Both the position numbers and the translations under genes were made by a program. DNA of 64,000 nucleotides from Geosiphon pyriformis uo1 (lineage: Eukaryota > Fungi > Glomeromycota): assembly GCA_016748015.1 (NCBI GenBank), contig JAAOMT010000534.1, forward strand, positions 14,654 to 78,653, written 5' to 3'. The stretch's first letter is position 1; the number at the start of each line of letters is the position of its first letter. Under the pieces are notes generated by a model. The model searched no databases. It worked only from the letters and a program-made list of their open reading frames with translations, and was not told where the DNA came from. This document shows positions 39,988-53,500 of the stretch, piece after piece.

Positions 39988-42156
39988 AACAGAATTTGAG
40001 CGTAAAGTTTTGTTAAAAGAATATATATAAATGCATCTTTTGAAAGATTTAAATTATGCTACGTATGTGCAAATGTTTTTTTTTGGCGAAATTAATTTTG
40101 GACGATTAAAAAAGAATAGAATTTGGAAAAGTCATTCAAAATTTTAAAATCTAAATTTAAATCCAAATGTATGAAAAGACAAAAAACTTGTGCAAGATGT
40201 AATTAAAGACAAAATATAAAATAATTTTTCAAAATTAACTTTATTCTATTAAACTAGAAAAAAAAATTGGGTTGAATTTCAACCAATTTATTTTAATTAT
40301 TGAAATTTTTTAAGTAAAAAATGGATCAATAATTTTTAAGGAAATTATACATTGTTTTGAAATTAAACTGAATTGAAATTTTAATTGTGATATGACATAT
40401 TGGCAAGAAATAAAAACTTGTATGAAAAGTATTTTTGAGTAAATAATAAAATTAGATATTAGGATTTGATAAACACTTTTAAAAAAAATCCGAATTAAAA
40501 TAAATGAATTAATAAATTAGAATTGGATTTTTTTTTACATTTAATAAAAAAAATTATTCAGGAAATAAAAAGAACAAATAGGTAATTGACAATAATACAA
40601 GTTTTGATTAACCAATCATTTTAAATCTTCAAAATTGAAGTTTTTTTTTAAAATAAATTTATAATAATATTTTTTGTTTAAATAGTTGTAATTATAAAAT
40701 TGATATTTCATTTTAATTAAAAATAAATTTTTCAAATTTTTAACATGATACATTTATAAAATTTATAAATTAACAAAAGTAATTATTTAAAATTTAATTT
40801 CAGAAAGCTTTATATAAATAAAATATTAAAATATTAAAAATATTATATTTTGAATAATATTTTTGCATTTAATTTGAAAGAGAATTTATTATATATATAT
40901 GTATTTGTAATAATTATATAAATTTTGAAATTAAATTTTTTTCAAGTTATGTAATTTAAATATATTAAATAATAATAAATTTTTTTATTTTAATATTATA
41001 AATTAATTTTTTAAATGATATTTTTTCAATTAATATTAACATAAATGTTTTATAATAATATTTTATTTACTTTTAATAGGATTTAACAATAATTTATCAA
41101 AATAAGATTAATTTATATGTTTTGAATGCTTTTTTAAATTAATTACTATTATATTAAGATTAAATGTAAATTTTAATTTATATTGTTTTAAAATATTTTT
41201 TATTAAAGTATAAATTTTTTGTTGGCCCAATTTTGTAATAAATTTTTTATGTATTCAATAACATTTCTCAATTAATACATAAAATGAAAAAGCTTCATTA
41301 GAAAAATTTTCTAATCACATGTCAAAAAACAGTCAATATATCCAAAAAGAATTATTTTACATTAATTTTTTTACAGCTACACAAACTGTTACAATTGTTG
41401 TTCAAATAAAAATATTGAAAAAATCATACACAAAGTAACAGAAAACACTTTATTATTAAAAAAATACAAATGATCTCACAAAACCTGGTATAATTGAAAA
41501 AAAAATTATTTGAATAAGAAATAGAGATAACCTCAGAAAAATCAGACCTTACCTTCTAGCTTTTCTTTTCAACAAAATCAAACTTCAAAAGTCACAAAAA
41601 TTACAGCGTTGCATATTAATAAAGTCTCATACACTCAAAAATTTTCTTAAAAAGAAGGAAAGTAATAAAAATAGAAAACTATCCAGATGTCACACCATTA
41701 AGCCTCGAAATTCCCATTGACGTAAATCATAGACATAGATCATGTCCACTTTAACACCGTTTTCTAAACTCCAAAAGCCTTCACCCAGTCGACTTGCACT
41801 GGAAATTAAAAAATTTGTGAACCTCTCTTGGTTATGGGGAATTATAGTAGTTTCGCATACTGTGGTAAAGTGAAAAAATATAAATACGGAACATTATGAA
41901 AGTGAATAAAAGTTCAAAGGTATATATTTTTTGTCAGGTTTAAGAAAAGAGTATCCAATTCATGATTGCCAGTCAAGGGGTGGAAATTCTCGTAAAATTA
42001 TGGGCACCCGAAAAATATATAAACCAATTCAAGATGGGTTTTTGATTTGGAAATTTTATCATGTTTTTTAACTTTGAAAACATGGCGTCTATCTATTATT
42101 TCTTTTTGATTTTGCGATCTAAATAAAAAGTCCAATTTCCTAATCACCTAATTCAA

Positions 42157-43550
42157 TTATTGATACATCTCAGCCCAACTTATCAACCTTGTACTGATAT
42201 ATCCCCCATCCCCTTCCTTTATCGAGACCACCACCTTCTTCAAAGATACCATGTTGTTTTTAATCCACAAAGGCTTTACCATCTCCTCCGATATATTTTC
42301 ACAGTTCAAAAATTCCAAAACCTGCAAATTCTCACATTCAGCTATCGCATGAAACGGTTCGCAACCACGAAAATTACAATGTACAAAAACGAGTTTCCTG
42401 AGAGATTTGCGTTGGGATTGAATCGCCGATAGCACCACTTCAAAGTGTCGAGAGTAATCTTGAAATTGAAGTGATGAGATTGATGATAGAGTGCTAAGGA
42501 GTGTGTCGAGATTTGTGAAACCAAGCTGAGAGAATTGGGGATCAATTCGAGTTTTGTGCGAGGATTCCCGAAGTGAAAGTTGAGACTGAATAAATATAAT
42601 TGGTAATATATTCAGTTGAATTTAAAAAGGTGAAAAATTAAATTTATGTAAAAATGTAAAGATTTTTCAAAATAATTTAAATGAATACAAAATTGATAAT
42701 TTATTATTTGTCTACTCGCCACATTATTCATTCCATGCGGAAGTCGGGGGAACAAATGACCATCACTACTTCGCTCCGAATCTATCTCTAATTGCATTAC
42801 ATTGTTGACCCATCTGGATTCACAGGCATCTACAAATACCCCAAAATACCTCGTCCGAAAAAAATCTCCAGCATGAGAAAAATTCAACCAAGTAATTTTG
42901 CCACCACTTTTTTCGAAAAGACGCAATAGTATTCGAATCAAGACCGAAATTTTATCTTCACAAAAAGATTCCCTCTTTGTTCCAGTAGCAAAATTTTGAT
43001 AATAATTCCCGACTGCTTGTACGAATCTTCCATAATCTAATTGTTTTATATATTGAGGATAATTGAAACATGGGTTGTTGTTTGGAGGTGGTAAGCATAT
43101 CTTTCTGGATTCTAAATATTTACGTTCTGACTCATTTAAGTTTAGAAGGGACAGATAAAGACGAATTAATTTACTCCGGTCGTAAATGAGTTCAGAATTT
43201 CGATATGATCCGTTCCTGTAATGTCTAAATTGGCGATATAGTATTGGAATTACGCATGAGCACCATCTTTTATCAACCAAAAGGCAGTTGAAGAGATTTA
43301 AGTATGCCATCAGATTATAGATATCGTATTGATCCTTTTGTTCGGTGATGTTTTCCAAAATTAATTCCAATACATCTGATATTAAAATTGGTCGACTTAT
43401 TGTTGAGATAACTTCTGATTTTTGTAATTCAGTTGATTGAATTCGAGGAATCTGTGTTGAAGATGAAATTGCCACTTTGGGTTTCGTTTTTGAAATTGAA
43501 TTTCTTCTGGAAAATGAAGGAATTATGTTCTCATGAAAAATGTTTACCAT
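42157..43550 (-). CDS. F-box/LRR (RNI-like) protein, about 419 aa
   Basis: Exons 43550-42720 and 42585-42157; the best phase-0 donor is GTG|GCGAGT. F-box-like LISDVLELILENI...LFNCLLVDKRWCSCVIPILY, then FNYPQYIKQLDY, and C-terminal LRRs (SLRKLVFVHCNF, NLQVLEFLNCENI). Confidence 0.82.
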
Positions 43551-45608
43551 CGGAAAACGAATTTACACGAACCTCATAGAAAAACACTTGACGATTTTAC
43601 GAAAACTTTCTCCAAACATTTTTTAATCTAATTTATTTTTTACAAATTTACAAAATGATAGAGTATTGAAGGATATTTCTCTAAGCTAAAGAAACATACT
43701 TTAGTTTGAAATAAATGTAAGGGTATTAATTTTAAAATCCTAAACCTCTGCACTTGTTATCCTTCAAGGCAAACATAGTGACTTTGTGATACCAATGTGT
43801 TTTCTATGTCTAGTTTTAATTAATCGCAGCGTTTCCAAATTGAGGATATGGCGTATTATAGTATCACAAATATAATTTATTCAAATATAACTATTTCAAA
43901 TTATTGATATTTGATAACAGATAATAGATAACAGATAACCATATATTACTAGTTACAAAATTATAATTGTTCAACATGATAACTGGGTTTTTAACTTAAA
44001 AAAGAAATAGATCCACAAACGGACAATGATTGTGTATGCAAAAAAAAATTTTAATCTACAATTTATATTACTCTCTCTTCAAAATGTCATATCTAAATGT
44101 ATGAGTTTGCCTTGGAACCAGAGATCCTTATTTATCTTACTAGATATATTTTTTTTTAGTTAATATTGCCTAGAATTAGTTTGAAAATAATGATAATGAC
44201 GTTTTTTCCAAGTACAAAAGTTATTCATTAAAAATAATACATTAATGAAAAAAAATTTCAAAAATGCATGATGTTTGAATATCAAAATACCCACCTTTAC
44301 AACGGGTTACGTATGAACTGAAACGCTTTGAATGTTGTGCAAAACTTTATTTTGAGTTTCTAATTTATTTCAATTGGTTGAATTGCAAAAAACTTTATAG
44401 AAAAAATGATAGTTAATCGGTGACAGAAACAGAAACAGAAAAATAGTGATTTTTTTTAACAAGGCCTTAGAAATTCCAGAATTAACTCAAATTTTGCGTC
44501 ACGTTTTTGTGAATCATTAAGACTCTTGAAAAAATATAAACATTTTTTCAAAAAAAATTTCTATCATTAAATATACTGAATATTCACGAATTCAATCTCT
44601 AGTATCAATATATGACTGAACTTTTTAATACAGAATCTTATTTAATATAAAAATTTTTGAGATGAAAGATTACATCTTCTTTTTTGTAAAGCTGAGAATA
44701 ATTTTTTGACTTTTCAATTATTTTAATTTCATTCATGATGTTTAATCAAAATTAAATAAGGTGATTTAAAAAACCCCATTTTACAACCATTTTTATTTTT
44801 TTTAAAATCTAGAACTTGAAATTTAGAGAAAATAATCTTTGCCATTGAATATAGCTCAAATGGTTTACTTTCTCTTTAATTAATAGTAAAAGATTAAAAA
44901 TCTTTATCAAAAAAGCATTATATGCAATTTTTTTCATATTTAAAAATCTTTAAACATATTTGAAACCATTATTACATAATTGAACACTTTAAATTAATTT
45001 TTAAATTTTTAGATTGATAATTGATAATATTTTTCTAATAAAACATCTGAATATTTGAAATTTGACCTTTAAAATTAGATTTTATAAAATACAGTATTAA
45101 ATTAAATGTAGTTCACAAAAATTAGTATTATGTATTTCGAATGTGCACATACAAAATATTGTATAACTATTTGTATTTTGTGCACATGTGAGTGAGATAG
45201 TTAATATAATTCAATATATAGGGTGTAATATTTAATTTGAAAATGAACATAACGGATTATTCTGTATTTAATGAGAATTTATGATAAGAAATGCGGAATT
45301 CACCCAAGAATATATTTGGAAAAACTATTTACATTTTTAACTTTTTACAACTTATTTTTCTTATCTTTAGGTTATAACAACTATTTAAAAAATTTTGACC
45401 AGTGAATGGCGAAAAAAATATTGTTACTTTCCTAGATTTAATTCAAACTTTTATTTCTCATATTGATTTTTAATTCTTCAAGGAAAAGTAAGATGTGTAA
45501 GGATCTCTTAAACATTTGGTGTTATGGATGATAACGCTTTTTCAAACAAAATTGTTTTTTAAAGCAAGATGAAATTTAAAAAAGTTTATCCAAATTTCTG
45601 TCATCATA

Positions 45609-47187
45609 TCAATCCTCCAGAGGAAATGTCACAGACTTTTCTGTAGAGGGAATAGGTGTGGCACAAATCGGCATTGGAGATTGTGGTGCCTTTAATTCCT
45701 GCAATATTGCCAATTTTCTTCTATTATTATTTTGGAGAAGCTGCATTCGCTGCTTGAAACTAGCAAGGAACGTTTCTTCCCATTCTCTTCTATGCATACG
45801 ATAGAGTTCCAAAGCGGCTTGAGCATCTTGCACCGAATCATGAGAACCGACTTGAATTTTTTTTTTCAATATAGTCTCAGCAAGAGATTTCAAAGATGGT
45901 GTTGCTCCCTTTGGAAGATTGACATTAAACTTTTGAAAGAGTGTCGTATCACGTCGCAAAATGGCAGGATGATAGTATTTGAGAACCTACAAAGAACCCC
46001 ACATCAGTAAGTAGTTGAATTAAATGGAAAGGATTCTTTCCCTGGGACAATTCTTTATAGCTTTATCCCAACCTGAAAATCGTTTTCTAAACTGTGGCCA
46101 ACAACTATCTTGTCTTGGAAAAGATTCAGGACTTGGTGTCGTACCTGATCAAAATTTTCAGCTGTGTGCAAGCAAAATGAAAAGATTAGAAGATGATCAC
46201 TGATAACTGAAAAAACAAAGATTAATGTACCTGTTTCCAGCAATTCTTCTGTGACCCCACTATATTCAGTTCGATAATCGGTGACTGTATACTTGGGTTT
46301 CACGAACTTGTCCATAACCATATTACCATCAAAATCGACAATACTTATACGGGCTAATTCTGATCTTATTCCATTTCTCCCGACACCAACCATTTCACAG
46401 TCTAACGCCAGGTAATTGCTTGGGATACTTGAAGAAAATATTGCAGTTACAAATATTAAACATTATTTGGTGAGAAATTTAACCTCACAACCGATAACTT
46501 ACCGCTCTACTCTCGTCCAGAGATCCTGGAAATTTTGCTCTAATTTAAATTGAGATGTAAAAGCGGCAATTTGGCCTTCTAAATACTTGAAACATCATGA
46601 ACTCAAAAAATTAAGAAATCAAATTTGCCCAAAAAAATTTCTTAAATCTCAGAAAAAAGGTAGCGAACCTTAATTTGCTTTCTAGCTGTTTTAATCTTTG
46701 AATCGGATTTCTTGACAGACTGCGGCACTAGAAAAGCCTTTTGTTTGGCGGTCGAAGGAATTTTTACTTTTTTGGGCTCAAAAGTATGAGGTTTTATGCT
46801 TGGCCGAAATATAGAATATTTTATATTTATCCCTTTTTCGATAGCATTCTGAGATTTATGTTTAGACGTTGATGAAATTGAGCCTAAATTTGTAGCTTTG
46901 GAAATTGTATCTCTGGTTTTAAAAATATTTGGCATAATTTTCGGTGGTGGCTGTTTAGAAGTATTCGATATCTTTGCGGTGTTGATCGCAACTTGTACGA
47001 TTTTCTTGAGTGAAGGCCGAATAATTTTTGGACTGGCCGTTTTGATAGTGGTAACTTGTGCAAGGTTCTCATTTCTATACAGTTTGGCAGGTTGATTTGT
47101 GGAATTTATGTTAAGCTCCAAGTTGTTTCTTTTTCTTGTGATTTCCACAACAGCCTTGGCGATTTGATTTTTCTTGGGTTTATTCAT
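45609..47187 (-). CDS. REX4/REXO4-like DEDDh 3'-5' RNA exonuclease with Lys-rich N-terminus
   Basis: Exons 47187-46669, 46585-46503, 46427-46231, 46161-46073 and 45986-45609. ExoI YLALDCEMVGVG, LARISIVD, VTDYRTEYSGV; ExoII VGHSLENDF; ExoIII PSLKSL...IQVGSHDSVQDAQAA. All catalytic residues present. Confidence 0.9.
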
Positions 47188-47776
47188 GATGGAACTAGTT
47201 TTTTAAGAGTTTAAAATGTTTGATTAAGTCCAATTCCCCTGAAGTAATTATAGGATTTTCACCAATGTAAAGTCTTTTTGAGATACAATCAAGGACATGA
47301 CAACAAGGCCATTTTCCTTTGCTGGAACATAGGAAATTTTCCAATTAAAAAGATCAGCATACGGTGATATTTGATCTAGCCGACTCTTCATGGTGAAACG
47401 TTGTACGAATCGAAAATTTCTGGCCTTAGTGACTCATTGTGAGAGGGTCTATTTGCTTAGCCCAAAAAACCATAAAACCTAGTTCTCTGGATATTGTTTC
47501 ATTTGATACGAATCTTAACCGGGTTCTTTTTATTATCAATTATGAAAGTTTTTGATTGCATCAAATATTAATATTGCACCTACAAATTATAGTGATCTAT
47601 TCAAAGCAAGATTACATTTCTGAAAGGCTAGTAAACAAACCAACTATATTCTTATTATTCAATACTCTTTCGCAATTGCATTATTATCCTTTCCGTTTGC
47701 CATTAAATTCTTTGAGCCAACAAAGAAATAAATTTCAATAACAAAATTACCCCTTTTTTACTTGATGGATTGGTAA

Positions 47777-49703
47777 TTATTGAATCAAGGATTGGCTTCG
47801 TTAATGGGTGATTTTACCGACAAGAGACTGGGATTTACCGTCTTCGGTTCAATTTGGTCAGAATTTGCTTCGATTATTGCCGGTTCGGCTGCTTCCTGCG
47901 GAAAGTAGGTTGAACCTGCTGCTATGGTATTCGTTTCTGATTCTTTAGACTAAGCATTGATCAAATTTGTGCTTAGTTTCTGTCGCTTCACCTTTGTATT
48001 AATGAACTTTCTTCTTTAAGCTTACCAGCTCTGCTGATTCTCGAGTCACGACGGAATTTGCAGTCAATTGTGACGCTTCTGATTGTTGTACGTTGGTGTC
48101 ACCGGCCAAAGCCGTTGCATCTTTAGTTTCTTCCTTAGAATCTGCGGCCAATTGGGCCGCTTCAGTTATTATCCCCTTCTGATGTTCTTTCGATCCTTGA
48201 TACCCCTCCAAAAATTTTGCTTTAATTGATTCGATTTTTAATAATGTGACTCCTACTTTTTTTATAATATGATTTAATACGTCCTCTTCCCATTCCTTTT
48301 GATGTTTTTTATAGATTTCCAAAGAAGTCATTGCATTTTCCAATGAATCATTATGTTTTACTTGAATATTTTTTCCAAAGAATATTTTCGCTAAATCTTT
48401 AAGCGACTGATGTGATTTTTCGGGATTTAAGGACTTGAATTTTTGGTATTTCTCAATATCACGTAATTGATATTCAGGTCGGCACCAACCTAGGACCTTG
48501 TTAAAAAATTAGGAGCCCAATTTATGGATATTAATATATAGTTGATCGAATTGAACAATTGAGATTGAGCTTACTCCAAGTCCAAAGTTCACATTGTGTC
48601 CAACTATTATTTTTCCGTGTAAAAGTTTTGCAGCTTCAATTTTCACAGAAGCTTCTTCTTCGACTAAGGATGGGAAGTAAAAAAAAACACTTAATATTAG
48701 CAAAGAAAATCAATACAATTTAATCAAATAATCTACCATTTTCAAGCTTTTCGGGTGTGATCCCAGTAGATGTAGTTTTAAAGTGGCGAATAGAAGTCTC
48801 GAAGTATTTATCAATTAAGACATTTCCGTGAAAATCCACAATACTGAGACGAGCGAGTTTCTTTTGCTTTCCGTCCTTTTTTATATCCACATTTTCACAG
48901 TCCAAAGCGACAATATTTTTTGGGGGGCTAGATGTAAAGGGACAACAAAAGTGAATTTGATAATAACATTAAATCGCTAAAAACAGTTATGCTTAAGCCA
49001 CTAATCCCAATACTGACGGGATTATGTTATCCGTCCTTGTACTTTCGAAAAAGGCAAGTTCTCCAACTAAAGAAGCCTGTCAATCCAAAACAATTATAAA
49101 ATATCAAAGCTTTAAAATTATTCAGGTTATTTCTGTAAAAGTGAAGAACTATATTTATTTGACTATGCTCACGCTTTTGTTCGTTGAATCAATGGAACTT
49201 TTTAAATTCGTTTCAAATTTTTTTTGGGTGACTGGCTTACGGGATTTTAGCCAATATCTCCATTTTGAGCCTGCTTAAAATTAGAAGTTAGTTTAATAAA
49301 AAACAAGAATTTTTGACGTCTGAATAGCGCAAATATTTTCGTAACTATCTAAATCACCTTTCGAGGATTTTTTTTTTTTTGGTGTGGTATTTTCTGAAGT
49401 TTTTATATTTTCTTCCTTTTTAGGATTTGCAGCACCTTGGCTCCTGTCATCCTTGTGTAGACCTTGGCTATTCTTTATAGTGGTGGCTAACTGTGGGCTG
49501 TATTTTTATCGCAAAGAAAATTCTCGAATCTATAAGGTTCAAAGCTACATAGAAGTTTCATATCCTAATGCATACGCTTACGTTTTTATCGATGCACTAA
49601 CAGTTGATTGGGCTTTTGTTTCCAAGTTCCGTAAGGCAAATGCTGCTCCAAGAACACGTTTTCCACTTAGCGAGGATAACCGCAACAGTTGAAGCGTTCG
49701 CAT
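47777..49703 (-). CDS. Divergent REX4-like paralog with degenerate active site and mitochondrial-presequence-like N-terminus
   Basis: Exons 49703-49602, 49490-49358, 49273(or 49270)-49173, 49076-49018, 48927-48737, 48663-48575, 48496-48026 and 47949-47777; without the last intron the frame stops at 47999. Motifs IVALDCE, LARLSIVDFHG, IIVGHNVNFG, SLKDLA..IQVKHNDSLENA. Intron phases in the domain match the neighbour. Confidence 0.8.
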
Positions 49704-49851
49704 GTTGGTCAAAAGTACAGCAAAGTACAGGTTTGAGCGAGTTGATAGTCGCGAAAAATTATTTTCGTTTAAACTTTTGTTAATGAATCATTATGACAGC
49801 AGATGATTAAAAATAAAGACACATGACTTCTAAAGATAATTTTTTTTAAAA

Positions 49852-49962
49852 ATTGCCTTATTGAGTGTAGTCCAACCAACATCTATTTACATGTTTTATA
49901 ATAAACGCGGCTCATGCCCTTTCTAAACGTGACCAGCCACACGAGCCGATCAAAAACTACAT
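49852..49962 (-). mobile_element. Isolated LINE 3' UTR unit about 150 bp upstream of the REX4 paralog start codon
   Basis: Minus strand GATCGGCTCGTGTGGCTGGTCACGTTTAGAAAGGGCATGAGCCGCGTTTATT...AATAGATGTTGGTTGGACTACACTCAATAAGGCAAT matches the family 3' UTR. Confidence 0.8.
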
Positions 49963-50549
49963 TATATATTTTTTTTCATGCTTTAGTAAAGTAATTATCT
50001 ATTCTATTACTAATTATTAAAAAAAAATATTATTTAATTTTTAAAAATGCAAATAAATAAATAAATAAATATTTAATAATATAATTAAATTTTTTATATT
50101 TTTAATATAACTTAATTACTTAATACAGTTTTTTATAATAAATTAATATTTTTATATATTAAAAAATTCAATTTAATCATTTAAGTTCATAAATAAACAA
50201 TATTAATATGAAAATTTAAGATTTATTAATTAAAATATTTATGTATATTAAATTAAAATTTTAACTTTTTATTTTAATTTTTTGTTTTTTATTTTAATTT
50301 TTTTTAAATATTATAAAATATATAAAGTCAAAAATAAAAAAATTAATTAATAAAATTATAATTATACTCATTAAAATAACAATAAAATATTAATAATTTT
50401 TATAAAATAATTTTTTATTTATAAATTTTAAAAACTTTTATATTATTTAAAGTACTTATATATATAAATTATAATAAACCAGTTTTTGCTGATTTTAAAA
50501 TATTATTTTTGTTTTTAATTAAAAGTTTTTTTAAAATTTTTTTTTAAAA

Positions 50550-53500
50550 TTTTTTTTTTTTTTTTTTATTGCTTTACAAATGAGATCCAAATACAATCTA
50601 GTGCTATACATCAAAGAAATGATCTAAACTAAGTGTGAATCATGTACTTTCTATACGTAACCAGCCATTTGGGCTGATTAGAACAATACTATGCAGCTAT
50701 GTAAACCAAAACTAAGTCATCTACACCTAAAAAAAACAAACAAGGTTTGCAAAAGCCAAAACGAACACTAAAAACATTGGCAATGCCAAGCAATTTGACC
50801 ATCCCAGCTGACAACTCAGAGGCCAAACCAGAAACCGAGACAGGAACCAAACCATCAAGGAGAATCAACCCATTTTTCTTCATATATACACAATATTTAG
50901 CATAAACTGACCAGACACTACTCCTAAAATCAAGACTAAGAGAGTGCACAAATTTGACAATCTCCAAACCAGCAACCTTTGAATTGTGAAAAATGGTGAC
51001 TGTCTTGCAAAACCAGTCATTAAAAATGAAACCCTTATAAAGAGCCATGACCAAAAAAGAGTCAGAAACACATGAAAACAACATTTGTAGTATGCTCGAA
51101 GAAGAATGAAAGAAACCAGAGATTGTCTTCCAGGAGTCCACATAAAATTCCAACAACTGACATTGGACAGAGTTATCAATCTTACAAGAGAACACATAAT
51201 CCAATGCCTCCACATTGCCACAATACAAAACATTCAAATATAGTCTATTATAAAAGCACTTCTAAACAGCAACTGACAGCTGGTGATACAAAACCTTCAT
51301 GAAATAAGAGCATGAAACCAGCAGCCATTTGCAAGTTGGGGTGCCAAACCAAAGATGAATGGAGCCAATCAACTTCAGAAAGCAAACTGCCTGCCAAAAA
51401 CTTGAAACCAGAACCAATCTCTCAGTATACACAACAAACTGAATAATAAATATTACGTACAAAATATCTGGAATTGCCAAAAACCACACTACTATCAGCT
51501 ACTATAAAGTGTTCACTCAAGCGATAAGGAAGATACCAACCAGAGAGAGAAGTATTACCAGCAATCATGTCAGTGCACTCATTCTCTAAAATACCAGAGT
51601 GGCTTTTAATCTTATGCCAATTGACCTTCAAATTCTTACAGTAAATAACATTGACAATATGACAATGTTTGACCCAATACTGATTATGAAAGTTAGAACA
51701 TGTCAAACTTAATTCAGACTTACAGGCATCCAGAGCAGATTGATTATCTGAAAACAGTTTAACAAAGCTTATTGGGGGAATACACTCCAGAGCCAGCACA
51801 ATAGCCTGCAACTCTGCCAAAGTGAATGACATCAAACCCAACACACTGATGTCCAAACCCAAATCAATGTCCTCAAAAAATGCAGTGGTGTCAGTTCTAC
51901 AATTAACTGTGCTCAGATTACTAAGGGACCTATTTGTATACACTGACAAACTGTCAGCACCAACTTGTAAGAAACAATCACAAACAGAAACAAAATCACT
52001 AGATTCAAGAATGTTCAAAGAACCAACCCCATCCAAAACTAAAAAATAAGTAAAAGAGAAACCTTCATCATTGAGAAATACAACAGAAAGCTTGAACCAC
52101 TCAAGAACAGGGCCACAGGAATCTAATCTTTTCTAATGCTTAAAGGTATGCCAATCAAAGACAGAACCACAATGATCATAAAGTTGATCCACAAAAGCAA
52201 CACCATACCATTGGAGAAAAGAAAAAAACCTGAAAAACTATGACTTATCTAGAACAGCAAACATAGGGACTTCACCACAAAATTAAAAGGACTTGGCCAA
52301 AGAGCCACCTAGGAACAAACTGCAGTCAAAAAAAACACGAACCATGCCTGCTAAAAAGTTATTGAAAGAATTGACATGAATACACACAGGAGAACTCAAT
52401 GGATGAACAGGGTGCCAGCACAGAATCTGCAAGTCATGAGATCTGTAAGAGAATAAACATTCCAGAATGCTGCCCGAATTTGTAAAACTAACAAGAAAGG
52501 CCACCTTGCTCTCAGACTGGACTTGAGAGAAAGATTTCAAACCATAAAAGGAAGAGTGATGAATTGTATCACTAGGAAAATTGAGAGGTAAGCTGGATTT
52601 AAACTTCAATTCTCTATGAATCAAGACATCTAGAATGTATTAAGTAGCTGTCTGACTACTACTAACCCAAATTGTATCATCAATGAAAGCACCAGCAGCA
52701 AAAAAGGAAAAGAGCCCAGCCCGGGACTTAGCACAACTATTCCTTGAAATAAAATGAGAACTTAACCTATAACCACATATGCTTTCCTGTTTTTTGACTT
52801 TGCATAGTAGAGGATCATAGAATATATGCCACAGAAAAGAAAAAAAAACCTCCTCTTGGTCCAAACCATCATGTACACAATAATCATTCATCAGCCCAAA
52901 GTCCATCATCACCTTGTTGGTATGATTTTTATGAATACTATTGAAAAACCGAATAAACTTGCCACATATCTTAATCTTAACCAAACTTTTCTTGAGATGT
53001 TCCCAGCTGACTGAATTATATGCTTTCTGCATATCCTGCAAAACCAACCAGAGTTTTCAATTCTTTTCCAATACATCTTCAACCACTAATTCAACCACAA
53101 AAATAGGAGACTGAGTTGTTGTACTTTTTAAAACTAAAAAATTGTCCTCACAAAGAATGTTGAAAGAGCTGCATGCCAAAGAGATCCTATCAGAAAGAAT
53201 CTTGGAAAAGATCTTATGAGCTGTCTCAATTAAAGCAATTGGGTGAGTATTTATAAAAACACTTTCCCACTTATATGGTTTAAGAATTATTAAAACCCAA
53301 GCTTCCAACCAAGGTCCAGACACTGATTCAAAAGACAAACAAAAGTTCAAAAGCACTAAAAGCATATCCAGAATTGACTTGTTACAATGTTTCCAAAGCT
53401 TGTTTGTAATACTCAAGAAACCAGCAGCTTTGCCATCAGGCAGATTAGAAATCACATTAAGCAGTTCATTAGACTCAACTGAATGTATTACACCAGAAAA

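Noticed and set aside
45141-45187. Small inverted repeat ATGTGCACA...TGTGCACAT
   Set aside because: Short, single occurrence, no supporting context.
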